Source of the DNA: a virus | Taxonomy: Duplodnaviria > Caudoviricetes | Reading direction: 5' to 3' (one strand) | DNA length: 64,000 nt | IMG/VR virus record: IMGVR_UViG_3300028800_000092 | Span: 1,703 to 65,702 of that record | Made by a program: the position numbers and the translations under genes | Part shown: positions 55,686 to 64,000 of the stretch, one piece after another | Layout of the letters: every line of letters starts with the position of its first letter | Position numbering within the stretch: position 1 is the first letter of the stretch | Notes under the pieces: generated by a model | What the model was told of the DNA's origin: nothing | The model's input: only the letters and a program-made list of their open reading frames with translations | Databases searched by the model: none

Positions 55686-57001
55686 TACGGTTTCATGACC
55701 TCCGTGCCACGAACCATCCAATGGTTACTACCGTTCACAGGCTGTAAGTTTTTCTCCGGGTCTGCGAAGGCCTTGGCCGGGATACCCTCGAACATGGCTT
55801 GTAGGGCAGCCTGTCGAGCGATCTTGGACCTCTCAGATGTTCCATTGTTCGGGAACATCCAAAGTAACAGCCCCTCAATCATCGGCATATTGCGCCCAAG
55901 TATACTGTGCGCCATGCTCACGTTCGCCGTGTTGATGGTCTCTTCGACTTCCATGTCTGTGGTTAGCCACGAGTCAAAGTACCCCTGCAAGTACATGTAC
56001 AGACTCGCTCTCGCGAGGTCTAGTGTCAAGTATCCCACAGTCGAATTCAAACACCACTGATTCGAGAGCACACGATACTCAAGGCCGTAGCTAGTCTTTC
56101 TATATTCCCCGGCCTTCCCATACAGTGTCCTGCGCTTTGGGTTGTCCACATGCTGAAACATGCCCACGGACATGATACCGAGTATCGCGTCCACGGCCTT
56201 CACTATGTCTGCCGCGTTGCTGTCTGTGATTCCCTTGTGCCCGAAGTGAATATGGCCCCCTGCGGGCCTCATGTTAATGGAATACGGGTCAATGACCGGC
56301 TCCCATTCATGTCCGTAGGCGTTCAGGCTCGGCTTGCAACCGAACTGTACGTATTCCTGCGGGTACTTGATAAGCTGCTCGGTCGGCACTTCAATGACCG
56401 ATCTACTTGAAAGCCGTGCCTGTGGCCGGAGCTTTCGGACTTCACGGAGCGTTCCTAGAAGCGCCTGCTCGATGCCATAGACTACGACATCCAAGCACAT
56501 AGCTGTGTCTTTGAACCGCGCTTCTGCCTGTAGGCCGTCCCAGTACGCAGACGAATGTAGCATCGCAGGAGTCAAGCTCCCGTCCCGAAGGGTAGCCGAC
56601 AGCTCTATAGGTGCTTCCTTACTCGGTAGCACAGTCCATGCGGGAATTATAGTCCCGCCCTCTTCAAGGAAGAACTCGGGGTCAGAGCCAATCGTTACAC
56701 TTTCGTGTTGAAGGAGCAACGCCAGATTCTTAGTCCGTAGCGTATCCTTCTCTGTCTCTGTAAGCTCCCGAACATCCCGCTCATTGGTATCGAGTGGCTT
56801 ATGGTACCGTGACCCTTTGCTGGAAGGGGGCACAATGCCCCCGCCAGTCCAAGGAAACACCAGCCCATTCGGTATCTGAACGAACTGCCGGTAATCTGTC
56901 CCACGGGGGCTCGCGTGACACTGCGTCGCGCACATGCCCATGTAGTCCAGGTGCTCTACGAGCGGTTCGCTCGCTTCCTTGAGCATCCAAGCTCTGTTCA
57001 C
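55685..57001 (-). CDS. phiEco32-like COOH-NH2 ligase type 2, paralog 3
   Basis: IGSDPEFF, DGLQAE, FGC.PS.NAY, R.AGGHIHFG, RR.LYGKAGEYR...YG.EYRVLSN.W. Confidence 0.9.
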   Translation of the reverse strand: MNRAWMLKEASEPLVEHLDYMGMCATQCHASPRGTDYRQFVQIPNGLVFPWTGGGIVPPSSKGSRYHKPLDTNERDVRELTETEKDTLRTKNLALLLQHESVTIGSDPEFFLEEGGTIIPAWTVLPSKEAPIELSATLRDGSLTPAMLHSSAYWDGLQAEARFKDTAMCLDVVVYGIEQALLGTLREVRKLRPQARLSSRSVIEVPTEQLIKYPQEYVQFGCKPSLNAYGHEWEPVIDPYSINMRPAGGHIHFGHKGITDSNAADIVKAVDAILGIMSVGMFQHVDNPKRRTLYGKAGEYRKTSYGLEYRVLSNQWCLNSTVGYLTLDLARASLYMYLQGYFDSWLTTDMEVEETINTANVSMAHSILGRNMPMIEGLLLWMFPNNGTSERSKIARQAALQAMFEGIPAKAFADPEKNLQPVNGSNHWMVRGTEVMKP

Positions 57002-57459
57002 TTTTTCACCGCTTTCTTGCCTACTTTTACGTGAACTTCCGGTTCAACTCGAAAGCCCCAAAGTGTACAATTGTAGTCCCCGTGACACGTCTGGAACGTG
57101 GCCAGTTTAATCCAGCCGGTCTTTGCGAGGGCTTCGGCTACATTTTCCTGCATGTCCGTAGTCACCGCAAGGCTCGCTACGGCATTAGCCCACAGGTATC
57201 CCTGCGTATCCTTGGCATCTTCGCCCCGAGCCGCTTGGAACTTCTGAAGTGAGTCAAGGATACTCTCATCCGCGGTGAACTTGTTCTGCATATTGGGCTT
57301 CACAACCCATCTGTCCCCGCGTGCTTGCGCGGCTTCATAGGCTTTCATGGCACGCTTGTAGCCCTCTTCGTCCACTTCGTAGTGCCCGTCGACTCCCCAA
57401 AAGCCACTCAGAATACTAATCGAACAACAACTCGGAAACTGCTGTAACTGCCAAGCCAA
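56998..57459 (-). CDS. FPxCC-motif protein, paralog B (GNAT-like by inference)
   Basis: FPSCCS...AVTT..Q..V...L...GW..L......H....CTLWG; AAGGAG RBS. Confidence 0.6.
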   Translation of the reverse strand: MAWQLQQFPSCCSISILSGFWGVDGHYEVDEEGYKRAMKAYEAAQARGDRWVVKPNMQNKFTADESILDSLQKFQAARGEDAKDTQGYLWANAVASLAVTTDMQENVAEALAKTGWIKLATFQTCHGDYNCTLWGFRVEPEVHVKVGKKAVKK

Positions 57460-57460
57460 G

Positions 57461-57748
57461 TTAAACTCCTTCCGCGATGGCCCTATTGTGTTCCTCTAGA
57501 GCCTCATCTTCGCGCTCGCGGAGTATTAGTGCAGTCAATCGGAGCCAATTCTGGTACCGATTTCGCGTAGCGTCGAGTTCGGAGCGGAGCTTATTGAATT
57601 GAAAGCCGTCGATTTTGCGCTCAATGAGCATTAGGCGTAGCAGATGTTCGATTTGGCTTATGAGAGCGTCCTTCTCCTCGAAGGTTGCACGGGAGATAGG
57701 GCGGAACTTGGGGCCGCTTCGCTGGCGGTCAACAAGGGTGCTTATCAT
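57461..57748 (-). CDS. Hypothetical helical protein
   Basis: Operon coupling. Confidence 0.5.
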   Translation of the reverse strand: MISTLVDRQRSGPKFRPISRATFEEKDALISQIEHLLRLMLIERKIDGFQFNKLRSELDATRNRYQNWLRLTALILREREDEALEEHNRAIAEGV

Positions 57749-58014
57749 AAGAACCCCTTGTCAACGTCTATCATGAAGGCGGCAATTCCAATAGACCCCG
57801 CTGGCACATATCGGCCTTGGACGCCTTCGTACATATAGGGTGCGGTTGCCTGTGGGCAACATAGTGGGTCTACACACACTAAGACAGGGAGCTTGTCATC
57901 TACTCCCGATAGCGCGGCCTTTAACTCTCCAACTGTCAACCCGTTCCAGCGTTTCACGTGACTAACCTCCGTACCCAATAAATGGCCTTGGGTACCCAAT
58001 AGTATCGAAGCCAA
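57745..58014 (-). CDS. Hypothetical protein
   Basis: LTVGELKAAL..VDD.LPV common phage motif; start uncertain. Confidence 0.55.
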   Translation of the reverse strand: MASILLGTQGHLLGTEVSHVKRWNGLTVGELKAALSGVDDKLPVLVCVDPLCCPQATAPYMYEGVQGRYVPAGSIGIAAFMIDVDKGFL

Positions 58015-58027
58015 ATGAAGCGGGTTT

Positions 58028-58237
58028 TCATAGAACTCCAGCCTTCAAGTCCGCTGCCGCCATGTGCAAGTTTTCCCAGCCCGCCTCGATCATGCGGTCA
58101 GTTATGTGCGTAGCATAGTAGCTATCTCGCACGGCGTTAATGTTCTTCTCTGTAACAGGGACGCCCGCTTCTTCGGGCGCGAGCTTGATATCCTCTTTCG
58201 TCCAGTACGTTTCCCCGAACTTCTCGTCCTTTGTCAC
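58028..58237 (-). CDS. Conserved-type small phage protein
   Basis: W..EDI...G...T..N...DRMIE.GW. Confidence 0.6.
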   Translation of the reverse strand: MTKDEKFGETYWTKEDIKLAPEEAGVPVTEKNINAVRDSYYATHITDRMIEAGWENLHMAAADLKAGVL

Positions 58238-58613
58238 TCGCCGCCCCCGTTCAGGTATGCTACATACTCGGCCACGTACTCCCGTACCAGGCCGAGCCGC
58301 GTCGCAATACCGTTCAGGCTCTCGTCCTCATGGTACAGAACTTGAATGGCCCTCTTCTGTTCGTCTGTCAAGTAGTTCATGAATCCTCCTGTTAAGCAAA
58401 CTAGTAGCTACACACACATATATTGTGTAGCTAGTGGCTTACTTGTGAAAGAGTGCCCACACATTAAGGCAAACGCAGGCCCCCATAAGGGCCGCGAACG
58501 TGTACGCGTGAGTACGTAAGAACCACACCCCAAGTACGCTACAGTATACTAGCGCACCAGCCGCTATTACTTTCGCAAGGGTCATACTCTTTTACTCCTT
58601 TCCTTTCAATACG

Positions 58614-58645
58614 AAAAGCCCCACGACCCTTTCGGGAGGTGGGGC
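58614..58645 (-). terminator. Intrinsic terminator
   Basis: Minus strand GCCCCAC..CCC-GAAA-GGG..GTGGGGC-TTTT. Confidence 0.7.
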
Positions 58646-58693
58646 ATCTCTACTGCTACGGCTGTCGATCTGGCCGGTGTCGCTATGTGTTAA

Positions 58694-58930
58694 CTACTCC
58701 TGCTCGATCTGTTCCTGCTCACCCTCCGGCAGAGCCTTCTGCTCTTCCGTAGCCAGGCTCGGTTCGTCCTGTTCCGGCTGTGCCGCTTCCGTCGCCAGAG
58801 CGGGCTGTTCCTCTTCGATGCGGCCCTCATTGATAGCAAGCGCTTCGTTGTGGGCTTCCGCTACATCCGTGACAACTCCCTCAGTAGCGGGAGCGGCGTC
58901 AGCGGCGTTCACGTTCGTTTCGTCGTTCAT
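58694..58930 (-). CDS. Highly acidic, probably disordered protein
   Basis: E/D/A/Q-rich; GAGG RBS; followed by terminator. Confidence 0.7.
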   Translation of the reverse strand: MNDETNVNAADAAPATEGVVTDVAEAHNEALAINEGRIEEEQPALATEAAQPEQDEPSLATEEQKALPEGEQEQIEQE

Positions 58931-58998
58931 TTGGTATTTCCTCTCTGTTTGTTGAATTTGACCTATGTGGCGCATAGGGGCTCTTCGGAGGTGAAAGG

Positions 58999-59178
58999 TT
59001 AAACCTTCTCTACGTCGTACTTCGGACGGACGCGAGAGGTGATCTTGGCGACGTAGCCACCGGACTTGGCGGTTTTCTTCTCAGCAGCCTTCTTGCTCTT
59101 GTGGAGTCTTGATCTGCTAATGTAATGCTCGCCGTCGTCGTCTTTTTCCAGAACAAGCGATACAAACAGTTTCTTCAA
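58999..59178 (-). CDS. 59-aa basic protein (not in ORF track)
   Basis: TTG start after GGGAGG; MKKLFVSLVLEKDDDGEHYISRSRLHKSKKAAEKKTAKSGGYVAKITSRVRPKYDVEKV. Confidence 0.6.
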   Translation of the reverse strand: MKKLFVSLVLEKDDDGEHYISRSRLHKSKKAAEKKTAKSGGYVAKITSRVRPKYDVEKV

Positions 59179-59200
59179 CTGTAACCTCCCTTCTCAAGAA

Positions 59201-59272
59201 TGGTGGAGGATTCGCAGACATATTCGCTTAGGTTGGTGTTTGGTTACCGTTCTTTAACCGGGGCAGTCCCCC
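59201..59272 (-). ncRNA. Second candidate RNA with Ala-type acceptor stem and encoded CCA (72 nt)
   Basis: GGGGGA...TCCTCC-ACCA; inner GGTTA/TAACC hairpin; T-arm poor. Confidence 0.4.
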
Positions 59273-59759
59273 ACGACCACGGTAATGCTTCCAATGGGCT
59301 TGATATGAAACAGCCCGCTAGATTCACATGCCCTCTCCCACTCCGTACCCTTCACGTGGTCTTGGACACCGCGATTCAGGTACGCCAGAGACGTGGTAGT
59401 AACAAGAGCATGGAACCTAGCGCGGTGTTCCGCAACTACTTCGAGTTTTCCCTATAATGAACTACAAATCGCGCCACTTTCTAGTGGCTCCCTACTGACC
59501 AGGCGGATTGTTCATAGAGAGGCTCCTTATGCAAGGCTAAAGTTTAAGAGGGGGCCACCCAACAGGAGTGAAAAGCGGCCCCCGGCGCGGCACCGTAAAA
59601 GCTCTACACAAACAGGGCCGCGAACTTACAAATAATGCAACTCTTTGTACCCGCACCTCTTGCAGGCACGCATCTGACCCAACCTGAAGGTTTTGCTGTC
59701 CTCCCACTTAGTCCAGTTATGCCCGAACCAAGCGCAGAGCCACAGCAACAGGGAAACTT

Positions 59760-59945
59760 TCATTGAACTGGCCCTACAGGCAAATGCTCGTAGTCCAGCA
59801 CGCGCTTCAGGACAATAGCGGCCGCGTCACCAGTAATCGGGAGAAATCCCCTCCCCTTAGTGAAGAACTGCACGCTACTGTTCCTTGGATTGGCGCTTGG
59901 TCGGAACTGCAACCGAACGCCCTTGGGAAGATCGTACTGTTTCAT
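59760..59945 (-). CDS. Hypothetical protein
   Basis: GGAGG before MKQYDLP. Confidence 0.55.
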   Translation of the reverse strand: MKQYDLPKGVRLQFRPSANPRNSSVQFFTKGRGFLPITGDAAAIVLKRVLDYEHLPVGPVQ

Positions 59946-60406
59946 GTAGCCTCCGAGCAGGGGACTCAAGTAGTCCCACTGCCGTCTTACTTCTTTTGGT
60001 CATAGGTAAGTACTCTAACCCCTGCCCAAAACTCCGGGCCTAACATGGACAGGGGCTACAACACTTACGAGACGAACTCGCTCTTTCCGTCCCAGCCCTG
60101 AATGGCGCGCTTGAAGCCCGCCTTCTCTTCGTCCGAGCACGACACCCACAGCGTAGCCAGTTCCGGCATAGTTACGGGGTTCGCAGGAGTCCCGAAGAAC
60201 TGCTGCAATGCGTGCAACTCACTTCCTTGCATGTTGTTACCTCCCTATTTCTACAGCCTGCGTCTTTTCCAGCTCCTGCTGCATCCAAATGCAGTCCTCT
60301 ACAGTTACCCGCTGCCGAATCGCAAACAACCACTCGGCTTCGCATTGGTTACTACAAAACACGCACAACTCCGGTATCTCCCGTACGCACCACAGACAGT
60401 GCATAG

Positions 60407-60625
60407 CTACGCCGCCTTCCGGTAATGCGGAGCCTGTGCCAGTACCGCGAACTCCCCGGTACATACATGGCTATTCACACAGACGGTTCGTACCCGGACG
60501 TTGCCCCGGAGTGTAACGAGTCTCCAGAGTCCCCCGCAGGTACTCCCGTCCACATTCTTCTGGCGACACTGCTTCTTAGCCAGTCGCCAAACCGTCCGTA
60601 TCTGAGTTTTCTTTGTTGCTGCCAT
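60407..60625 (-). CDS. Small basic Cys protein
   Basis: AGGAGG RBS. Confidence 0.5.
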   Translation of the reverse strand: MAATKKTQIRTVWRLAKKQCRQKNVDGSTCGGLWRLVTLRGNVRVRTVCVNSHVCTGEFAVLAQAPHYRKAA

Positions 60626-61070
60626 TGCTGGCCTCCTGTTTCTCGAACGTAATCACATACACCGAATCCGGTAACTTCTCCAGTAACGGTTTCACATCCT
60701 TCCAATCTAGTTTCCCGTTCCCTACTCCGGGCCGCGGCAGAATCCAAATTAGTCTCGGATTCGCCTCTATGAACCTTTGTAATTCCTGAACGGAGCGAGC
60801 TATTAGCTCCAAGTCCGCTCTCTCGAACCACTGATGCTTCACAGGGAACATTAACACACCTACAAACAACCACTCTACATGATTCCCGCGATGCATAAGC
60901 CTGTCGCCGAGCTTAGCGGCGATTCCCGGAAAGCGCTGTGTAGCCTCTAAAGCATTCCCACGGCCCATTACACCCTCACCATTGGCTTTAACTGTGCCAT
61001 TGGTAGTTAGACAAATAACGGTGTTATGATACCCGTGAAAGTCCCAGAGGTTTCCAGTAATTTCCTTCAT
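60576..61070 (-). CDS. Macro domain protein (ADP-ribose binding/hydrolase)
   Basis: GNLW, TTNG...GVMGRG.A...RFP, FPVK..W, LPRPG.GNG.L.W..V. Confidence 0.85.
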   Translation of the reverse strand: MKEITGNLWDFHGYHNTVICLTTNGTVKANGEGVMGRGNALEATQRFPGIAAKLGDRLMHRGNHVEWLFVGVLMFPVKHQWFERADLELIARSVQELQRFIEANPRLIWILPRPGVGNGKLDWKDVKPLLEKLPDSVYVITFEKQEASNGSNKENSDTDGLATG

Positions 61071-61447
61071 ATATGTTCTCTAATAGCCCTAACTTACAGG
61101 CCACTCACGACTTGCGGATTCAGGCGCATAGCCGTCGTGTGAAACTGTACTGGCTAGGGCTATTACAAAATAGGAAACGGTGCCCCCAAAGGCGAAGCAC
61201 CGTGCCCTTCTGTACGTGATAGGGGCACTCCCCAAGTAGGCAGCACGTGACCCCTACAGGACATAAGGAAGTGCCCTGAACGGATTGGACAATAGTGCCC
61301 CTGACCTTGCACTTGCCCAGTTACGTGACTGTTCTAGAGTTAACGTAGGCTATTTGGGGAGGAACTCGTGAAGGGGCGTAGCTGCGGAACGTGGTCTAAT
61401 TGACATTGCCTTGCGTCCAAATCGGCTTATGCTACGCCCTAGTTGAA

Positions 61448-61780
61448 CTACGCCGCAATCCCTTCCGACGGAATCACGGACATCGTATCGACGCTGCCTA
61501 GGTACATGGCATGAATCTCACCTTCCGTCATCCAGTGAACCATGCCCGTGTGAATGTGCTCTGCCAGCCAGTTCATGTACTTGACCAGCTCGCCCTTGGT
61601 ACTCTGCGGTTTCATCGGCTTGCCGTCGAAGGTAGCTGGCCGATTCGGTGTAGCATCCACTTGCAGGATTCGCAGCAATAGGCTACGAACCTTCTTGAAC
61701 TTCGCTACGTCGTGCTCCTGTAGGCTCTCGACCAGAGTGCCTTCCAGTTGCCGTTGTGCAGATTGCATACCTGCTTCCAT
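61448..61780 (-). CDS. Hypothetical early protein
   Basis: AGGAG RBS. Confidence 0.6.
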   Translation of the reverse strand: MEAGMQSAQRQLEGTLVESLQEHDVAKFKKVRSLLLRILQVDATPNRPATFDGKPMKPQSTKGELVKYMNWLAEHIHTGMVHWMTEGEIHAMYLGSVDTMSVIPSEGIAA

Positions 61781-61955
61781 AGGCTTCTCCTGTTGCTCTG
61801 AATACGGCTTACCTATTGCTAGGCTCTCGGATTGCCGCTAGACCCCCGGTCTAGGCTTAACGTCCTTAGGCATCGTAGTCTGAATTGCTAAGGAATAACT
61901 ATTCCCACATAACAGACTAATCACTGGGGAGACTTGCTCCCCAGTCAATAGCGTG

Positions 61956-62147
61956 CTACCTGAGCATATGCCCAACGGGCTTCAATTCCCGCATCCCACA
62001 AGGCGTCCCAAGGAACGGGGCCAACAACGCCCCTTGAAATATCCGTACTGCTGTGGCCTTTGGGAAAGCCTGCCCTTCCACTAGGCGCTTCCACGTCCCA
62101 TTTTCTTGCTTCTCGAATAGACCATAAAGTTGCTTACGTTGTTTCAT
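61956..62147 (-). CDS. Hypothetical early protein
   Basis: AGGAG RBS. Confidence 0.55.
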   Translation of the reverse strand: MKQRKQLYGLFEKQENGTWKRLVEGQAFPKATAVRIFQGALLAPFLGTPCGMRELKPVGHMLR

Positions 62148-62468
62148 GGTATAGGTCTCCTGTTACCTATAGGGCCTGTGTCCATTTTCGGACACTCTCG
62201 AAACCCGCAAAACGCGGGTTCAACCTGTGCGCCAGATGCGCCGCAATTGCGCCACGATTCGATTCTAGCGCGTTTCGACTCGCCCGACGTGGTTTGGCGC
62301 GTCGTCGTGTTTTCCACAGGCCAAAATCGCCTCCGTAGCACGATTTCGATAGGCATGGCACAAAGGTGGTGTTTTGTAGGCCAAAAAACAGGGAGCACGC
62401 GGTTAACGTGCTCCCATTTCGTCGAAGTAAATCAGTAGCAGGGTGGATTGCTCCACCCTGCTAGTGTC

Positions 62469-62897
62469 TTACTTCAATAGCGCCAAAAGCGCCTTGACAA
62501 CCGCGGCCTTATCGTCACTCTGTGTCGCGTTACCCGGTGTCGCCGTCGGCATCTTCGTGCGGTTTGTCTTGCGGCTTAGCTTCACGCCGTCATCGTTGGC
62601 GTTAATGAACGCCCACAAGGGTTCCCAATTGTCCCGAAGTTTCTCCCATTGCTCAACGTACAGCGAGACAGGGAAACGTCCCAAGCCACTCAGCGAGATA
62701 CAGCCTTTCTCGCTGATACTGAAACCAACCGCGCCACTCTTCGGCTGCGCCTTTGACTGCGCCTCCAATTCAACCAACCGCGCCTGCAATTCGGCATACG
62801 TCGGCTGACCCGGTTTCAAGTCGGCAGAGACTGCAACCGTACCCGCGGCGGGGACAAGGGGGGACTTTGGGGCGTTGACTGTGCTATTCGTTTCCAT
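62469..62897 (-). CDS. Early protein with SEKG..S..GLGRFPVSLY.EQW motif
   Basis: AAGGA RBS; motif recalled from small bacterial/phage proteins; function not assigned. Confidence 0.65.
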   Translation of the reverse strand: METNSTVNAPKSPLVPAAGTVAVSADLKPGQPTYAELQARLVELEAQSKAQPKSGAVGFSISEKGCISLSGLGRFPVSLYVEQWEKLRDNWEPLWAFINANDDGVKLSRKTNRTKMPTATPGNATQSDDKAAVVKALLALLK

Positions 62898-63836
62898 GAT
62901 TAAATCCTTTCATTTGTGCCACTTAGCGACTGGCACGGTCGCAATTACGATACTCGCTTCCGAGTATCGGGAGTTAGTTGCTCCAATAACGGCACAGGCG
63001 AGTGTTTCCACACAAGGGGCAAGCCCCCTTTCCCTGTGCCGTTAATGCAACAGTCTAACTCGCAGTGTCGGATTTCGCCTAGTTGATCTTACCCCCGGAC
63101 TATCCCAGAGGTCGCTTCACTTGCGTCAGCTAGTCCGCATCCTGCACGTACCCCTAGCTCAAAGGGGTACTCCTCTCGTTCGCAGTAATCGTCTGGGAGG
63201 TTTCGGTCCCATTAACGGTGTTACCGTCTAGCAGCCTACCCGACTGTGAGCCATTTCCGGGTTCGTCGGGTTCCTGCGAACGTGTTGGCTGCCGTGACCA
63301 AGTGCAAGCGGCACGCCAAACGCAACTTGTTGAAAACAAACGACTTCACCTTCGTGGGGGTGCGTCAAAAATTCATACCACGAACGTGGCGAAATCGGGC
63401 CTAAGTGCCGCATAATCAGCGACTTGGCGCGCTTTACCCGCCCTGTAAAGTTTACCGTACCACCAAAGTGGGGTGCGCTGGGACACCGCCTATAGCCACG
63501 TATCTGGCAGGGTATGCCCATCAAGTACCAACTACGTGTCCTCCCAAGTCCTTCCCTGTCAATACCTTAGCGGCTATATCGTACCACGGTATAGTCACTC
63601 GTGCTGCGAGCTATAGCACTCCGAGCGCCTATATGCCTATAGCTAAGTCTATATTATTCATATACCTAAGGTTTCTACTACCGTCAATGGGTATGGGCAT
63701 GGTTCATGGACTCATCTCCCCGGACTCTACATGTAAATTACGAAATTCATGTAAACCCTTCATTTCATTGACACTAGTGCTCATGGCACTAGCTCTCCAA
63801 GCTATAGATATATAAGGACTTACAGGTAGACATTTA

Positions 63837-63899
63837 GGGTCCCATCTGGCTCTGGTACCGTTTTGAGCGTGGGTCCCATCTACCTGTAGGGTCCCATTT
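63837..63899 (+). repeat. Three GGGTCCCAT(C/T)T direct repeats
   Basis: Copies at 63837, 63871, 63889. Confidence 0.8.
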
Positions 63900-63915
63900 G
63901 CCCCTGTTTACATGG

Positions 63916-64000
63916 GTGTCATTTTTTCGCCTGTAAGTTATTGAAAAATGGATGTCACTTTGTCACTCTATATCCTGTACTATACAGGGGGGGGGGGGGG
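63916..64000. repeat. Second copy (one arm plus G-tract) of the 44023-44177 element, cut by the window edge
   Basis: GTGTCA...GTAAGTTATTGA...TGTCACTTTGTCAC...TACAGGGG. Confidence 0.7.

Noticed and set aside
59201-59583. Full-length tmRNA
   Set aside because: Size and CCA end fit, but there is no canonical T-arm, the candidate 5' GGGGGCC is in a local hairpin, and no tag frame was identified
63987-64000. Terminal poly-G as pure sequencing artefact
   Set aside because: The same TACAG-G-tract context exists internally at 44082-44101, so it is probably real, though run length may be unreliable

Overview
Most of a tailed dsDNA phage genome with podovirus-like gene order. The window starts inside the terminase large subunit gene and ends in a probable origin/packaging region. 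The + strand (1-31387) is the late operon: terminase, GT-A glycosyltransferase, portal, histidine phosphatase, scaffold, N4-gp56-like capsid, tail adaptor/nozzle, three Cys-rich proteins with signal peptides, ejection proteins including a 2279-aa polyvalent protein, and a degenerate tyrosine recombinase. The - strand (31456-62897) carries nucleotide-pool enzymes, a DUF3987-like ATPase, a UDG-PolA fusion, SSB/Sak4/Cas4-like recombination genes, an ECF sigma factor with two matching promoter repeats, a macro domain, and a dispersed phiEco32-type peptide-ligase set (three COOH-NH2 ligases, ATP-grasp, class II glutamine amidotransferase, two GNAT-like paralogs). That set is interleaved with non-canonical tRNA-like RNAs, two of them with alanine-type G3:U70/ACCA acceptor stems. 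Best candidates for undescribed biology: (1) the tRNA-like RNAs embedded in the amidoligase region, and (2) tail-module proteins apparently exported through Sec and disulfide-bonded. All family calls are from motif recognition by eye; no database search or folding program was run.
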